From positions 558,001 through 622,000 of the forward strand of contig OX337231.1 of NCBI GenBank assembly GCA_946965045.2: 64,000 nt of DNA, given 5' to 3'. The notes under the pieces were generated by a model. It saw only the letters and a program-made list of their open reading frames with translations, was not told where the DNA came from and did no database searches. Source of the DNA: Epithemia pelagica. Its lineage: Eukaryota; Protista; Bacillariophyta. Below are positions 46,369-60,254 of the stretch, piece after piece (positions within the stretch are counted from its first letter, which is position 1; every line of letters begins with the position of its first letter). Made by a program: the position numbers and the translations under genes.

Positions 46369-49300
46369 TCAACTCTGTTGCTCATTCTCAGGCTTTCCCT
46401 TTCCTTTCTTCGCAGGCAACCTGGACTGTAGGTTCTTGAACTGACTTTCCAACGTGTCCAGTTTTCTCTTTGCCTGCGTTGCTTCTGACACCGCTTTCTG
46501 AACGTCCTTGACGAGTGGGTCGACGTCGTCATGGAAACTAACCACATCAAGGAGGAAATGCGTAAGCATCGGACCCACCTTGGGATGATTTTTGAAATTG
46601 TGGTCTAAAAATTCACGCTGGAGACGGTTCGCTTGCAACGTGGCCCAGAGCAATTCATGAGCTCGTTCAGAGCTGGTCGCTTGTTTGATGGTGATCTCGC
46701 TGCACAGTCTGCGTGGTTGACTTATAACTTCGAACACGATTCGAACAATATTCTGAACAAGATCCCAACGTCTCACTTCACTCAAGTTTGTATCAGAACC
46801 ATATTCCTCGACTTGATCCTTCATATAAATGAGGAGTGTGTCGAGGAATTGTTTGGCGTCCGTGAGCAATGCATGCGCCACTGTCCTGGCTGTTCGGGAC
46901 ATAGACGATGCCTTTATCTCAGTTAAGATAGCCGATTGTTTGTCCATTAGCATTTTTCTGATCTCACTTGCCGCTCCAGAATCCCGCGCTCCCGAACCCT
47001 TAAAACGTTGATAGGTCTCTAACTTGCTGAGCTTGCGCAGATTCGTACGAGCTTGATCTGGCGTTCCAGCCATCACCGTCGGAGCCACTAATTGAAACGA
47101 ATAAAGCGCTTTCTGGTCACTCGGCCTTTCCATCGAAGAACGACTTCCACGGTACTGCACTTCGATGTTATCCGTGTAGCTCTGTGATACTGTTGTTGCC
47201 ATTTCGAGAAAGGACATGGCATCCACAAACTTCAAAACTTCGCCCGCCACATTGTTGGACATGACGAAGGCCTTGACCTGAGAAGGTGAAGTGAATGTTA
47301 TCCCTTCGATTTCCACTCCATGCATTTCAGATCGAGCTTCCAAATCCGACAACCGAACCTGCTGAGTCCTTTCTTGTTCTTCCATTCGACTCAGCAGCTT
47401 CTTGATCTCAGACAGTTCTTGCGCGTCGATAGAAGCAGTGGTAGCCGAGGATGACTGCCCTACTGTAGCATTTTGCATCGTGGTGTGTAGAGTGTCGGTC
47501 AAATACCGGATATGATTTTCCAACTCTATACGACCACCCCGTTGAAAGAACTCGTTGGCATCGACGATGGTGCTTTCGATTTTTTGGAGTTCCTGCCACA
47601 CAGTATTTCGAACTTGTTCGGGTAGCAAACGAATCAGATCCTTTTCCGTAACTCCTGGCACGGCTTCTCGTTTCATTTCACCAACAGAAGCCGAAAGGGA
47701 TTCGATCTTTTGTTGCATGTCCATGAAGGCTACCTTCCAGTCGTCACTTCGCGAACTATCCGGCTCCGGCTTGATTTCTTGCAACTCCGAAACTGCCTGC
47801 CATACCGTGGATGTACTTGCCTCCGGTGGAGGGGCTCCCACGAGTCCGCTCAGCACGTTCACTTTGCTCACCAAAGTGTTGAGGAGATGATTCTGCTGTT
47901 GCTGTCGAGATCGTAAAGACACCAACTGAGATGATGTGGCTTGAGTCACTTGGCCCAACAATTGGGTATTATGCACCAACGAGTCCTTGACGTTCACGCT
48001 ATCTACGGACAAGGGTCGCAAATCCAAGGGCTCAATCGGCGAAGGAATTTCCACATCCTCGAGTCGAAGACCTTTGGCGGGTGTATGAGCGACGTACACA
48101 GCCTTGTTTTTTAGAGCCGCCACATCGGCGAACTCCAGATCCTCTTCTTCTGGTATAGACCAAGAGTCCGCTGCTGGCTCGCCCGATTCGCCAATGACTT
48201 CTAGAGCTGGAGACGTAGACTTCTTCATTGTCTCATTATGTGGCTGCGACTCGCTTTTCATGAGCGAGAACAATGAGGTCCAAACCAACACCGGTTGCTT
48301 GGGGCCGTTCAATAACTCATCAACCCGAGCAGAGGTGAGGGATTCTCCATCAAAGAACGGATCTTGAAATGCTTGGTAGGGCGGATCATCCTTCCCCGCA
48401 TGCGCCTTCGGTACCGGTACACTGATGAAGAGAGTCCTGGCCATGCCTTTTGCCTTGAGCTTGTCGAGAAAGGTTGGTCCTTTCTTGTGATGCGACTTGG
48501 TCTTGCACAAGTGCTTCGGGAGAACACAGAACTTTCCGGATGAACCCACAGCGCTGCCACAACAATCATGCTCGGAAACATCAATGCACAACAACGCAAC
48601 AAGATTGTTAGACTCACCATGAAGATTCGTCTCATGCGGTTCCGCTTTTGAGGTGAAACCTCCAGGGAAACGCGTGGAGCTAAGAGACTCTGCAACCGAA
48701 GCGACTGCAGACTTAGTGCCTCCAACAGAACGGCCAGCTGGCTTGGTGTCTTCCACTCCGTCCATCAGATCGTTTCCGCCCGCGTCTTCGGAGATTCCAC
48801 GTGACTTGAAGTACAAGGCTTCACTTTCTCGATCGGCTTTGGCCCAAAGAGTAGCCAAACGTTCTTGCGATGAGAGAGGAGGCCCCTCGACCGCAGCGGA
48901 GTTCGCAACTTCCCGAGATGCCAAGCCAGTCCAGCCCGAGTTTGCGATGGTGGCAGTACTCGTGTCCAGCCCGCCTCCAACGCCACCGTACCACGTTCCA
49001 GCATTACCCGCCACTCCAATACGATCGCGGGAAAACAGAGGTGGAGGTGAACGCGGCGGCGGTGCAAGTGCACCTCCCCCGGGGGAAACAGAAGACTGCT
49101 CCGCCCCAAGAGAACGGTCACGTCCCAGCACATCAACATCCAAACCAGAACCCGTAACGTCCTTCGTATCCCCCCCCCGTGTCCGACAAAACAGGAGCAA
49201 CGCCCGTCAAAGCCGAAACGGAGGCCCGCACATTAGCCGTTCCCACTCCCACGCCGAAGCCCGCAAAAGGAGTCGAAGCGCCCTCCGGAGGAGGACGCGA

Positions 49301-49384
49301 CGACGCAGCGGGAGGGCGAGGACCCAGAGACACGCGCTCGCGAGGAGCGGACGCAAAACGCGACGAAAAACCGGACGACGACAT
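46369..49384 (-). CDS. Gag-like ORF1 of the YR element (Cys/His motif, coiled coils); probable +1 frameshift in a G9 run at 49170-49178
   Basis: 943-codon open frame without an upstream ATG; removing one G joins it to ATG 49384. C..C.G..G..KFC.....C..KSH motif; basic C-terminus. Confidence 0.75.
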
Positions 49385-50563
49385 GGGAGCTAGGCAAGGA
49401 ACAACTAAAAACTAAAAACTCAGATCAACGCAACAACCAGACAATGCTTAACCTGCAGGGAAAAGCACTTCTCGATTCGATCAACCTGAAGACAGTGTGA
49501 CCTTGATGATTGCTTTTCTCCATCGAACCATGACCACGGAATGACTCTTCGTGCGTACTTGGATTCGATTCAATCGACAATCATCTTCTTCTTGTAGGTA
49601 AGCGTCAGTATACCTCGTGACTGACTTCGTCCGTCGTCGCCACCAGATTAGCTTAGGCACATGACGTCAAACGTCAAACTGACGCCACCACAACCTGTAT
49701 GCATTCCATTTTCTGTCAGTCGACGTCTGGCATACAATATACAATAGAAACTGCTCTAGAGGACTTTTGGACTATGATCTCAGCGAAAACGCACTAAAAG
49801 ACCACATTCTTAACAGAACAAAGATGCAGTATATCATGTGACTTTATGTGTTGCTGCAACCATGCTTATCAGGGCGAGGTGTCGCTCTGATCACTGTCCT
49901 CCTCTTGGATGTCAACATGCTGGATTGATTTGGCTTGTTTCCAAACATGGTGACTTGATCTTTGGTCCTCACGACTAGGGGACATCGACCAATCTTCAAA
50001 TCGATACGCTCAAGAATTTCATTTTCGTTGGACTAAACATTAGCTTTATGGACTCAACATCTTTTGTCTTTGTTCACTACAACGGACGCAAATACCGACC
50101 CGCCAAACCGGTACCACAACCTCGACGCGCATCGTCGGGCCGTGTTAGTATTACGGTGGGGGACCACGTTGAATCACAAAAAAATTGTCAAGTCCACGGA
50201 GGACATTCGTCGTCTGGGATCGCATCGACCTGATCAATGTCAACAAGCGGCATCTGTTTTGGTTTCGCAAGATTCAAGATACCAAATTCCAGCGTGAATC
50301 CTTTTACTTTTCAGTTGATAGAATCATCATTCCGAGGCCAAGAGCGCCTGGGTGTTGAAAAAGACACCTTTGCGCCGGCACGACTATCCCTAATCCTAAT
50401 CCCCATGCAAAAGGCAATCCCATGTGCGCGGAAGCGTGCCAGCCAAAACAAGCTTCGGTCATCTTCATGTTGAAGTGTGAATGTAATCAGCAGAATCACT
50501 TTTTATGCTACCACTCTCTATGTTATGCGAGATTGTTCAGGACATATGGCTTGATGGGTCCGT

Positions 50564-52541
50564 TTAGAAGGTATCAATGTTCTGGTACATGTTTTCAATG
50601 TTCATGGGTTCAAACTTTTCCTCCTTCAGTCCATTCATGTACCAATCCTCGACCGCCTTGGTACGACTCCAATAGTTTGGAAGCCTGTGGGACGGATAAA
50701 ACAGGGGGCTGATCTGCGAAAACCATGAATTCCCATGTTCTTCGCTGTACCCAATGGCAAAGGGTGGCTCGTTCTCCTTCTTTTGGTCTTTCAAGTGAAG
50801 GTTGATTCCAGTGTGCTGGTACCCACCTGGGGGAAGAACAGGGACAGCGTCGTTTTGATTGGACACACGAATGTGTCGTAGACGTCCCTTGGTTTCAAGC
50901 TGCTCAAAGGCTTTGCGAAAGTTACTATCACCCACATAAGGGGACGCGTATGTCATGCAAATGAGGGGGAAAGGAATGCCTTTTTTCTCCATTCCATCAG
51001 AACCCGCGAGCCGGAAGGAAAATAATGTGGCCAAGGCACCTCCAAGACTGTTGGACACGAAAATGAAAGAATCCATGAGATACCGGGAGTGACAAACAAA
51101 TTTTTCTCAACACGAATGGGATATGCCTCGTACCTGTGACCTGTAACGTAAAGCTGAAAGTTTTTATGGACTTGTTGTCCATTTTCTTCATAGCGGTAGA
51201 TATCTCTCAACTGATTCATGATCTGTCCATATTTTCTCCGTTTCAGTTTGGCAATATGCTTCGAGTCCTTCTCATTACCCCGTTCTACAATATGGTCAAA
51301 CAGATAACCTGTTGAGCATAACACCAATGGGTGAGCTTCGGTTCTAGGAACCACACAGTCATTGGAAAGATTCCATGTCGCATCTTCTTACTTTTGAATC
51401 CAGAATGAACGCGGATTTTCTGGTCTCCATCAAGGCCCTCTTCTGAAACCACATTCGGCATTTTCATGGGCCTCAAAAAGAACCGAACATTTGTCATCCA
51501 ATCTCGAGATACAACACTTCCGCGAAAACAGACCGTGACACGTTTTAAGTCACTGTTGGCAATGTATACAAGCAAATGACATGAGACGATGAACAATACG
51601 CAAGCGAGATAGAAAAGGTGCAAGGCCAAGACTCACCGGTTGACTGTAATTCCATACACTAGCTGCGAGTTGGCAAATTGGTCGTCAAATTCCCACAAAT
51701 ATGCATCCTTTCCCCATTTTTTCAGTTGATTAATTGCTCTGACATTGAGGTCGGAAGCAACTTCCATGTCGTCACTCAAATACCTTAAGGTTTCGTTCGT
51801 CAAGACTTTTCGAATGTCTGAAGCCGGAATAGGTTTTGCCAAGACATTATTCGATCTTCGCCCCTGTGGAGCTTTTTCTCCCCTCCCCATTATAAGTTCG
51901 GCATGTTCTAGTTGCGTGCGTCCAGCAAAAGGATTCCACCACGAGTTCCGAATTCCGCCCTTTCGTACGAGTTTCCTCAGCTGAGAAAAATCATAAATAA
52001 GGGATGACACTGTGAAAGTTGACGAAGAAGACAGAGTGTAAGCAAAACGACTCCGGGAGAGGCCCTTCCCATGAACATGTGTTGCAAGATGTCTATACTT
52101 ACAACCCATGGTTGCTTCCATTTCTTCAACAATATCCGAACCACTTTGAAAGGGATTCACCGCTTTTGTTTCCTTCAATTGATCAAGCTTTTCCTTATGG
52201 CTTTGTCTTCTGTTTGCCCGAAGAAGGGGAACAGAATTGGCGTAGTTTCCATCCGCCACGAGATTGGCCTTGAGAAATGACGGTCTCTTGCACCGTTTAT
52301 TACGGTACGCCTCGGCGATTTGCTTCTTGTCGCGCTCTGCTTGTTCATACTGCTCTGAGGCGTCTTGCCATAGTTTATCATACCGTGCGTGCTTCTCGAG
52401 CTTTGGAGGTAACTTGGCGTTGGAAGCTTTGCCTGGCCTGGCTTGAGTTCCAATCAAGGAAAAAAGACCGACCGCCGCGACAACTAGTGAGAAGAATGCG
52501 AAGTTGTTTGGTACTTCCATACTGGAATGGATCATTGACAT
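50564..52541 (-). CDS. Class-3 lipase, copy 3
   Basis: Same exon structure and translated ORFs as copy 1. Confidence 0.92.
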
Positions 52542-54425
52542 GTCAAAAAAAGATATGATGTTTTGAATCGACAGTTGTGATTTTATGACACACCGTTCAA
52601 CCTTATAATATCTTCTGCTCTTCAAAATCTTCGTTCGTAAGTGGAAGTGACTCTTCGCGCCGTGTCAACTTGCATGCATGATTCCGTAGTCACGACTTTT
52701 GTGCTTTGACGAACTCATGGCGCTAGGATTTATAATCTTAGGCGGGGATAAGTCTCTTTTCGTTTTGAATTACTATCCTGAATTTCAGAACTTTCCGCTG
52801 AAGTTGATTACTTCGCAGCGTGAGCGACCTGCATGCTCGCTCGGGTGGCAAGATAAGGGCTGGGTAAGCCGATCCATGTTCGGCTAAGTAGGTTCAGTAC
52901 AAAAGCTACGTAGCGTACATAAAATCCCATAGTACACGTATTACCTGAAATGGTAGGAAGTCCGAAAAAATGCAAAAATACTCCACGATGACGGCGAGAT
53001 CCGTTGATGCCGCATGCATTTACCGATGCATCGCATCAACATCCTACTACTGTAAGTTGTTTGAGTTTGCTAGTATTACTGTGTTCTGCAGCTACAGAAG
53101 ATTTGTCGCGTTGGATCAAAAGGTATACTCATTTTTCTGTGGTGATGTAATCCAAAAACCTTCCTAACTCCTTCATTTCTCAACGGTGACTGAATCAAAT
53201 TGAAACCATAGTTGCTCTAGTATTCAAGAGCATTATTCTAAAAGTGATTCAGTTAGGCTCAATTATCCATGAAGTTATTGCCATGGGGGTGATTTCTTCG
53301 ACCATTGTCGAGTGATGGTTTCCGGATTGCATTGTTTCTCGTGGCAGCAAGTTTTCGATTTGTGACCATTCGCCCCACTTGTTACAGTGATGAAAATAGT
53401 ACTACGTAGCTTAATGTACTGAGCCTACTTAGCCGAACATGGATCGGCTTACAATACCCAGCCCTTACAAGATAGCCCAAGAGCAAGAACAACATATCGC
53501 CAAATGTACCAAATTGATATGTTGTCGGTCAAACGTCAAACTGACGCCACCACAACCTGTATGCATTCCATTTTCTGTCAGTCGACGTCTGGCATACAAT
53601 ATACAATAGAAACTGCTCTAGAGGACTTTTGGACTATGATCTCAGCGAAAACGCACTAAAAGACCACATTCTTAACAGAACAAAGATGCAGTATATCATG
53701 TGACTTTATGTGTTGCTGCAACCATGCTTATCAGGGCGAGGTGTCGCTCTGATCACTGTCCTCCTCTTGGATGTCAACATGCTGGATTGATTTGGCTTGT
53801 TTCCAAACATGGTGACTTGATCTTTGGTCCTCACGACTAGGGGACATCGACCAATCTTCAAATCGATACGCTCAAGAATTTCATTTTCGTTGGACTAAAC
53901 ATTAGCTTTATGGACTCAACATCTTTTGTCTTTGTTCACTACAACGGACGCAAATACCGACCCGCCAAACCGGTACCACAACCTCGACGCGCATCGTCGG
54001 GCCGTGTTAGTATTACGGTGGGGGACCACGTTGAATCACAAAAAAATTGTCAAGTCCACGGAGGACATTCGTCGTCTGGGATCGCATCGACCTGATCAAT
54101 GTCAACAAGCGGCATCTGTTTTGGTTTCGCAAGATTCAAGATACCAAATTCCAGCGTGAATCCTTTTACTTTTCAGTTGATAGAATCATCATTCCGAGGC
54201 CAAGAGCGCCTGGGTGTTGAAAAAGATACCTTTGCGCCGGCACGACTATCCCTAATCCTAATCCCCATGCAAAAGGCAATCCCATGTGCGCGGAAGCGTG
54301 CCAGCCAAAACAAGCTTCGGTCATCTTCATGTTGAAGTGTGAATGTAATCAGCAGAATCACTTTTTATGCTACCACTCTCTATGTTATGCGAGATTGTTC
54401 AGGACATATGGCTTGATGGGTCCGT

Positions 54426-56403
54426 TTAGAAGGTATCAATGTTCTGGTACATGTTTTCAATGTTCATGGGTTCAAACTTTTCCTCCTTCAGTCCATTCAT
54501 GTACCAATCCTCGACCGCCTTGGTACGACTCCAATAGTTTGGAAGCCTGTGGGACGGATAAAACAGGGGGCTGATCTGCGAAAACCATGAATTCCCATGT
54601 TCTTCGCTGTACCCAATGGCAAAGGGTGGCTCGTTCTCCTTCTTTTGGTCTTTCAAGTGAAGGTTGATTCCAGTGTGCTGGTACCCACCTGGGGGAAGAA
54701 CAGGGACAGCGTCGTTTTGATTGGACACACGAATGTGTCGTAGACGTCCCTTGGTTTCAAGCTGCTCAAAGGCTTTGCGAAAGTTACTATCACCCACATA
54801 AGGGGACGCGTATGTCATGCAAATGAGGGGGAAAGGAATGCCTTTTTTCTCCATTCCATCAGAACCCGCGAGCCGGAAGGAAAATAATGTGGCCAAGGCA
54901 CCTCCAAGACTGTTGGACACGAAAATGAAAGAATCCATGAGATACCGGGAGTGACAAACAAATTTTTCTCAACACGAATGGGATATGCCTCGTACCTGTG
55001 ACCTGTAACGTAAAGCTGAAAGTTTTTATGGACTTGTTGTCCATTTTCTTCATAGCGGTAGATATCTCTCAACTGATTCATGATCTGTCCATATTTTCTC
55101 CGTTTCAGTTTGGCAATATGCTTCGAGTCCTTCTCATTACCCCGTTCTACAATATGGTCAAACAGATAACCTGTTGAGCATAACACCAATGGGTGAGCTT
55201 CGGTTCTAGGAACCACACAGTCATTGGAAAGATTCCATGTCGCATCTTCTTACTTTTGAATCCAGAATGAACGCGGATTTTCTGGTCTCCATCAAGGCCC
55301 TCTTCTGAAACCACATTCGGCATTTTCATGGGCCTCAAAAAGAACCGAACATTTGTCATCCAATCTCGAGATACAACACTTCCGCGAAAACAGACCGTGA
55401 CACGTTTTAAGTCACTGTTGGCAATGTATACAAGCAAATGACATGAGACGATGAACAATACGCAAGCGAGATAGAAAAGGTGCAAGGCCAAGACTCACCG
55501 GTTGACTGTAATTCCATACACTAGCTGCGAGTTGGCAAATTGGTCGTCAAATTCCCACAAATATGCATCCTTTCCCCATTTTTTCAGTTGATTAATTGCT
55601 CTGACATTGAGGTCGGAAGCAACTTCCATGTCGTCACTCAAATACCTTAAGGTTTCGTTCGTCAAGACTTTTCGAATGTCTGAAGCCGGAATAGGTTTTG
55701 CCAAGACATTATTCGATCTTCGCCCCTGTGGAGCTTTTTCTCCCCTCCCCATTATAAGTTCGGCATGTTCTAGTTGCGTGCGTCCAGCAAAAGGATTCCA
55801 CCACGAGTTCCGAATTCCGCCCTTTCGTACGAGTTTCCTCAGCTGAGAAAAATCATAAATAAGGGATGACACTGTGAAAGTTGACGAAGAAGACAGAGTG
55901 TAAGCAAAACGACTCCGGGAGAGGCCCTTCCCATGAACATGTGTTGCAAGATGTCTATACTTACAACCCATGGTTGCTTCCATTTCTTCAACAATATCCG
56001 AACCACTTTGAAAGGGATTCACCGCTTTTGTTTCCTTCAATTGATCAAGCTTTTCCTTATGGCTTTGTCTTCTGTTTGCCCGAAGAAGGGGAACAGAATT
56101 GGCGTAGTTTCCATCCGCCACGAGATTGGCCTTGAGAAATGACGGTCTCTTGCACCGTTTATTACGGTACGCCTCGGCGATTTGCTTCTTGTCGCGCTCT
56201 GCTTGTTCATACTGCTCTGAGGCGTCTTGCCATAGTTTATCATACCGTGCGTGCTTCTCGAGCTTTGGAGGTAACTTGGCGTTGGAAGCTTTGCCTGGCC
56301 TGGCTTGAGTTCCAATCAAGGAAAAAAGACCGACCGCCGCGACAACTAGTGAGAAGAATGCGAAGTTGTTTGGTACTTCCATACTGGAATGGATCATTGA
56401 CAT
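54426..56403 (-). CDS. Class-3 lipase, copy 4
   Basis: Same exon structure and translated ORFs as copy 1. Confidence 0.92.
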
Positions 56404-58276
56404 GTCAAAAAAAGATATGATGTTTTGAATCGACAGTTGTGATTTTATGACACACCGTTCAACCTTATAATATCTTCTGCTCTTCAAAATCTTCGTTCGT
56501 AAGTGGAAGTGACTCTTCGCGCCGTGTCAACTTGCATGCATGATTCCGTAGTCACGACTTTTGTGCTTTGACGAACTCATGGCGCTAGGATTTATAATCT
56601 TAGGCGGGGATAAGTCTCTTTTCGTTTTGAATTACTATCCTGAATTTCAGAACTTTCCGCTGAAGTTGATTACTTCGCAGCGTGAGCGACCTGCATGCTC
56701 GCTCGGGTGGCAAGATAAGGGCTGGGTAAGCCGATCCATGTTCGGCTAAGTAGGTTCAGTACAAAAGCTACGTAGCGTACATAAAATCCCATAGTACACG
56801 TATTACCTGAAATGGTAGGAAGTCCGAAAAAATGCAAAAATACTCCACGATGACGGCGAGATCCGTTGATGCCGCATGCATTTACCGATGCATCGCATCA
56901 ACATCCTACTACTGTAAGTTGTTTGAGTTTGCTAGTATTACTGTGTTCTGCAGCTACAGAAGATTTGTCGCGTTGGATCAAAAGGTATACTCATTTTTCT
57001 GTGGTGATGTAATCCAAAAACCTTCCTAACTCATTCATTTCTCAACGGTGACTGAATCAAATTGAAACCATAGTTGCTCTAGTATTCAAGAGCATTATTC
57101 TAAAAGTGATTCAGTTAGGCTCAATTATCCATGAAGTTATTGCCATGGGGGTGATTTCTTCGACCATTGTCGAGTGATGGTTTCCGGATTGCATTGTTTC
57201 TCGTGGCAGCAAGTTTTCGATTTGTGACCATTCGCCCCACTTGTTACAGTGATGAAAATAGTACTACGTAGCTTAATGTACTGAGCCTACTTAGCCGAAC
57301 ATGGATCGGCTTACAATACCCAGCCCTTACAAGATAGCCCAAGAGCAAGAACAACATATCGCCAAATGTACCAAATTGATATGTTGTCGGTCAAACGTCA
57401 AACTGACGCCACCACAACCTGTATGCATTCCATTTTCTGTCAGTCGACGTCTGGCATACAATATACAATAGAAACACTTTTGGACTATGATCTCAGCGAA
57501 AACGCACTAAAAGACCACATTCTTAACAGAACAAAGATGCAGTATATCATGTGACTTTATGTGTTGCTGCAACCATGCTTATCAGGGCGAGGTGTCGCTC
57601 TGATCACTGTCCTCCTCTTGGATGTCAACATGCTGGATTGATTTGGCTTGTTTCCAAACATGGTGACTTGATCTTTGGTCCTCACGACTAGGGGACATCG
57701 ACCAATCTTCAAATCGATACGCTCAAGAATTTCATTTTCGTTGGACTAAACATTAGCTTTATGGACTCAACATCTTTTGTCTTTGTTCACTACAACGGAC
57801 GCAAATACCGACCCGCCAAACCGGTACCACAACCTCGACGCGCATCGTCGGGCCGTGTTAGTATTACGGTGGGGGACCACGTTGAATCACAAAAAAATTG
57901 TCAAGTCCACGGAGGACATTCGTCGTCTGGGATCGCATCGACCTGATCAATGTCAACAAGCGGCATCTGTTTTGGTTTCGCAAGATTCAAGATACCAAAT
58001 TCCAGCGTGAATCCTTTTACTTTTCAGTTGATAGAATCATCATTCCGAGGCCAAGAGCGCCTGGGTGTTGAAAAAGATACCTTTGCGCCGGCACGACTAT
58101 CCCTAATCCTAATCCCCATGCAAAAGGCAATCCCATGTGCGCGGAAGCGTGCCAGCCAAAACAAGCTTCGGTCATCTTCATGTTGAAGTGTGAATGTAAT
58201 CAGCAGAATCACTTTTTATGCTACCACTCTCTATGTTATGCGAGATTGTTCAGGACATATGGCTTGATGGGTCCGT

Positions 58277-60254
58277 TTAGAAGGTATCAATGTTCTGGTA
58301 CATGTTTTCAATGTTCATGGGTTCAAACTTTTCCTCCTTCAGTCCATTCATGTACCAATCCTCGACCGCCTTGGTACGACTCCAATAGTTTGGAAGCCTG
58401 TGGGACGGATAAAACAGGGGGCTGATCTGCGAAAACCATGAATTCCCATGTTCTTCGCTGTACCCAATGGCAAAGGGTGGCTCGTTCTCCTTCTTTTGGT
58501 CTTTCAAGTGAAGGTTGATTCCAGTGTGCTGGTACCCACCTGGGGGAAGAACAGGGACAGCGTCGTTTTGATTGGACACACGAATGTGTCGTAGACGTCC
58601 CTTGGTTTCAAGCTGCTCAAAGGCTTTGCGAAAGTTACTATCACCCACATAAGGGGACGCGTATGTCATGCAAATGAGGGGGAAAGGAATGCCTTTTTTC
58701 TCCATTCCATCAGAACCCGCGAGCCGGAAGGAAAATAATGTGGCCAAGGCACCTCCAAGACTGTTGGACACGAAAATGAAAGAATCCATGAGATACCGGG
58801 AGTGACAAACAAATTTTTCTCAACACGAATGGGATATGCCTCGTACCTGTGACCTGTAACGTAAAGCTGAAAGTTTTTATGGACTTGTTGTCCATTTTCT
58901 TCATAGCGGTAGATATCTCTCAACTGATTCATGATCTGTCCATATTTTCTCCGTTTCAGTTTGGCAATATGCTTCGAGTCCTTCTCATTACCCCGTTCTA
59001 CAATATGGTCAAACAGATAACCTGTTGAGCATAACACCAATGGGTGAGCTTCGGTTCTAGGAACCACACAGTCATTGGAAAGATTCCATGTCGCATCTTC
59101 TTACTTTTGAATCCAGAATGAACGCGGATTTTCTGGTCTCCATCAAGGCCCTCTTCTGAAACCACATTCGGCATTTTCATGGGCCTCAAAAAGAACCGAA
59201 CATTTGTCATCCAATCTCGAGATACAACACTTCCGCGAAAACAGACCGTGACACGTTTTAAGTCACTGTTGGCAATGTATACAAGCAAATGACATGAGAC
59301 GATGAACAATACGCAAGCGAGATAGAAAAGGTGCAAGGCCAAGACTCACCGGTTGACTGTAATTCCATACACTAGCTGCGAGTTGGCAAATTGGTCGTCA
59401 AATTCCCACAAATATGCATCCTTTCCCCATTTTTTCAGTTGATTAATTGCTCTGACATTGAGGTCGGAAGCAACTTCCATGTCGTCACTCAAATACCTTA
59501 AGGTTTCGTTCGTCAAGACTTTTCGAATGTCTGAAGCCGGAATAGGTTTTGCCAAGACATTATTCGATCTTCGCCCCTGTGGAGCTTTTTCTCCCCTCCC
59601 CATTATAAGTTCGGCATGTTCTAGTTGCGTGCGTCCAGCAAAAGGATTCCACCACGAGTTCCGAATTCCGCCCTTTCGTACGAGTTTCCTCAGCTGAGAA
59701 AAATCATAAATAAGGGATGACACTGTGAAAGTTGACGAAGAAGACAGAGTGTAAGCAAAACGACTCCGGGAGAGGCCCTTCCCATGAACATGTGTTGCAA
59801 GATGTCTATACTTACAACCCATGGTTGCTTCCATTTCTTCAACAATATCCGAACCACTTTGAAAGGGATTCACCGCTTTTGTTTCCTTCAATTGATCAAG
59901 CTTTTCCTTATGGCTTTGTCTTCTGTTTGCCCGAAGAAGGGGAACAGAATTGGCGTAGTTTCCATCCGCCACGAGATTGGCCTTGAGAAATGACGGTCTC
60001 TTGCACCGTTTATTACGGTACGCCTCGGCGATTTGCTTCTTGTCGCGCTCTGCTTGTTCATACTGCTCTGAGGCGTCTTGCCATAGTTTATCATACCGTG
60101 CGTGCTTCTCGAGCTTTGGAGGTAACTTGGCGTTGGAAGCTTTGCCTGGCCTGGCTTGAGTTCCAATCAAGGAAAAAAGACCGACCGCCGCGACAACTAG
60201 TGAGAAGAATGCGAAGTTGTTTGGTACTTCCATACTGGAATGGATCATTGACAT
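58277..60254 (-). CDS. Class-3 lipase, copy 5
   Basis: Same exon structure and translated ORFs as copy 1. Confidence 0.92.

Larger units (their letters stand above)
40681..49666 (-). mobile_element. Tyrosine-recombinase (DIRS-order-like) retroelement, 8986 bp, inserted without TSD; no long terminal repeats found
   Basis: Ends defined against the empty site ATGTTGTCGG|TCAAACGTC in the sister units (1-nt ambiguity). Encodes a gag-like ORF, RT (YVDD), RNase H and an overlapping YR ORF. Confidence 0.92.

Noticed and set aside
48653-49415. Plus-strand ORFs (246 aa and shorter) antisense to YR-element ORF1
   Set aside because: Low-complexity shadow of a GC-rich coding segment; no independent evidence.
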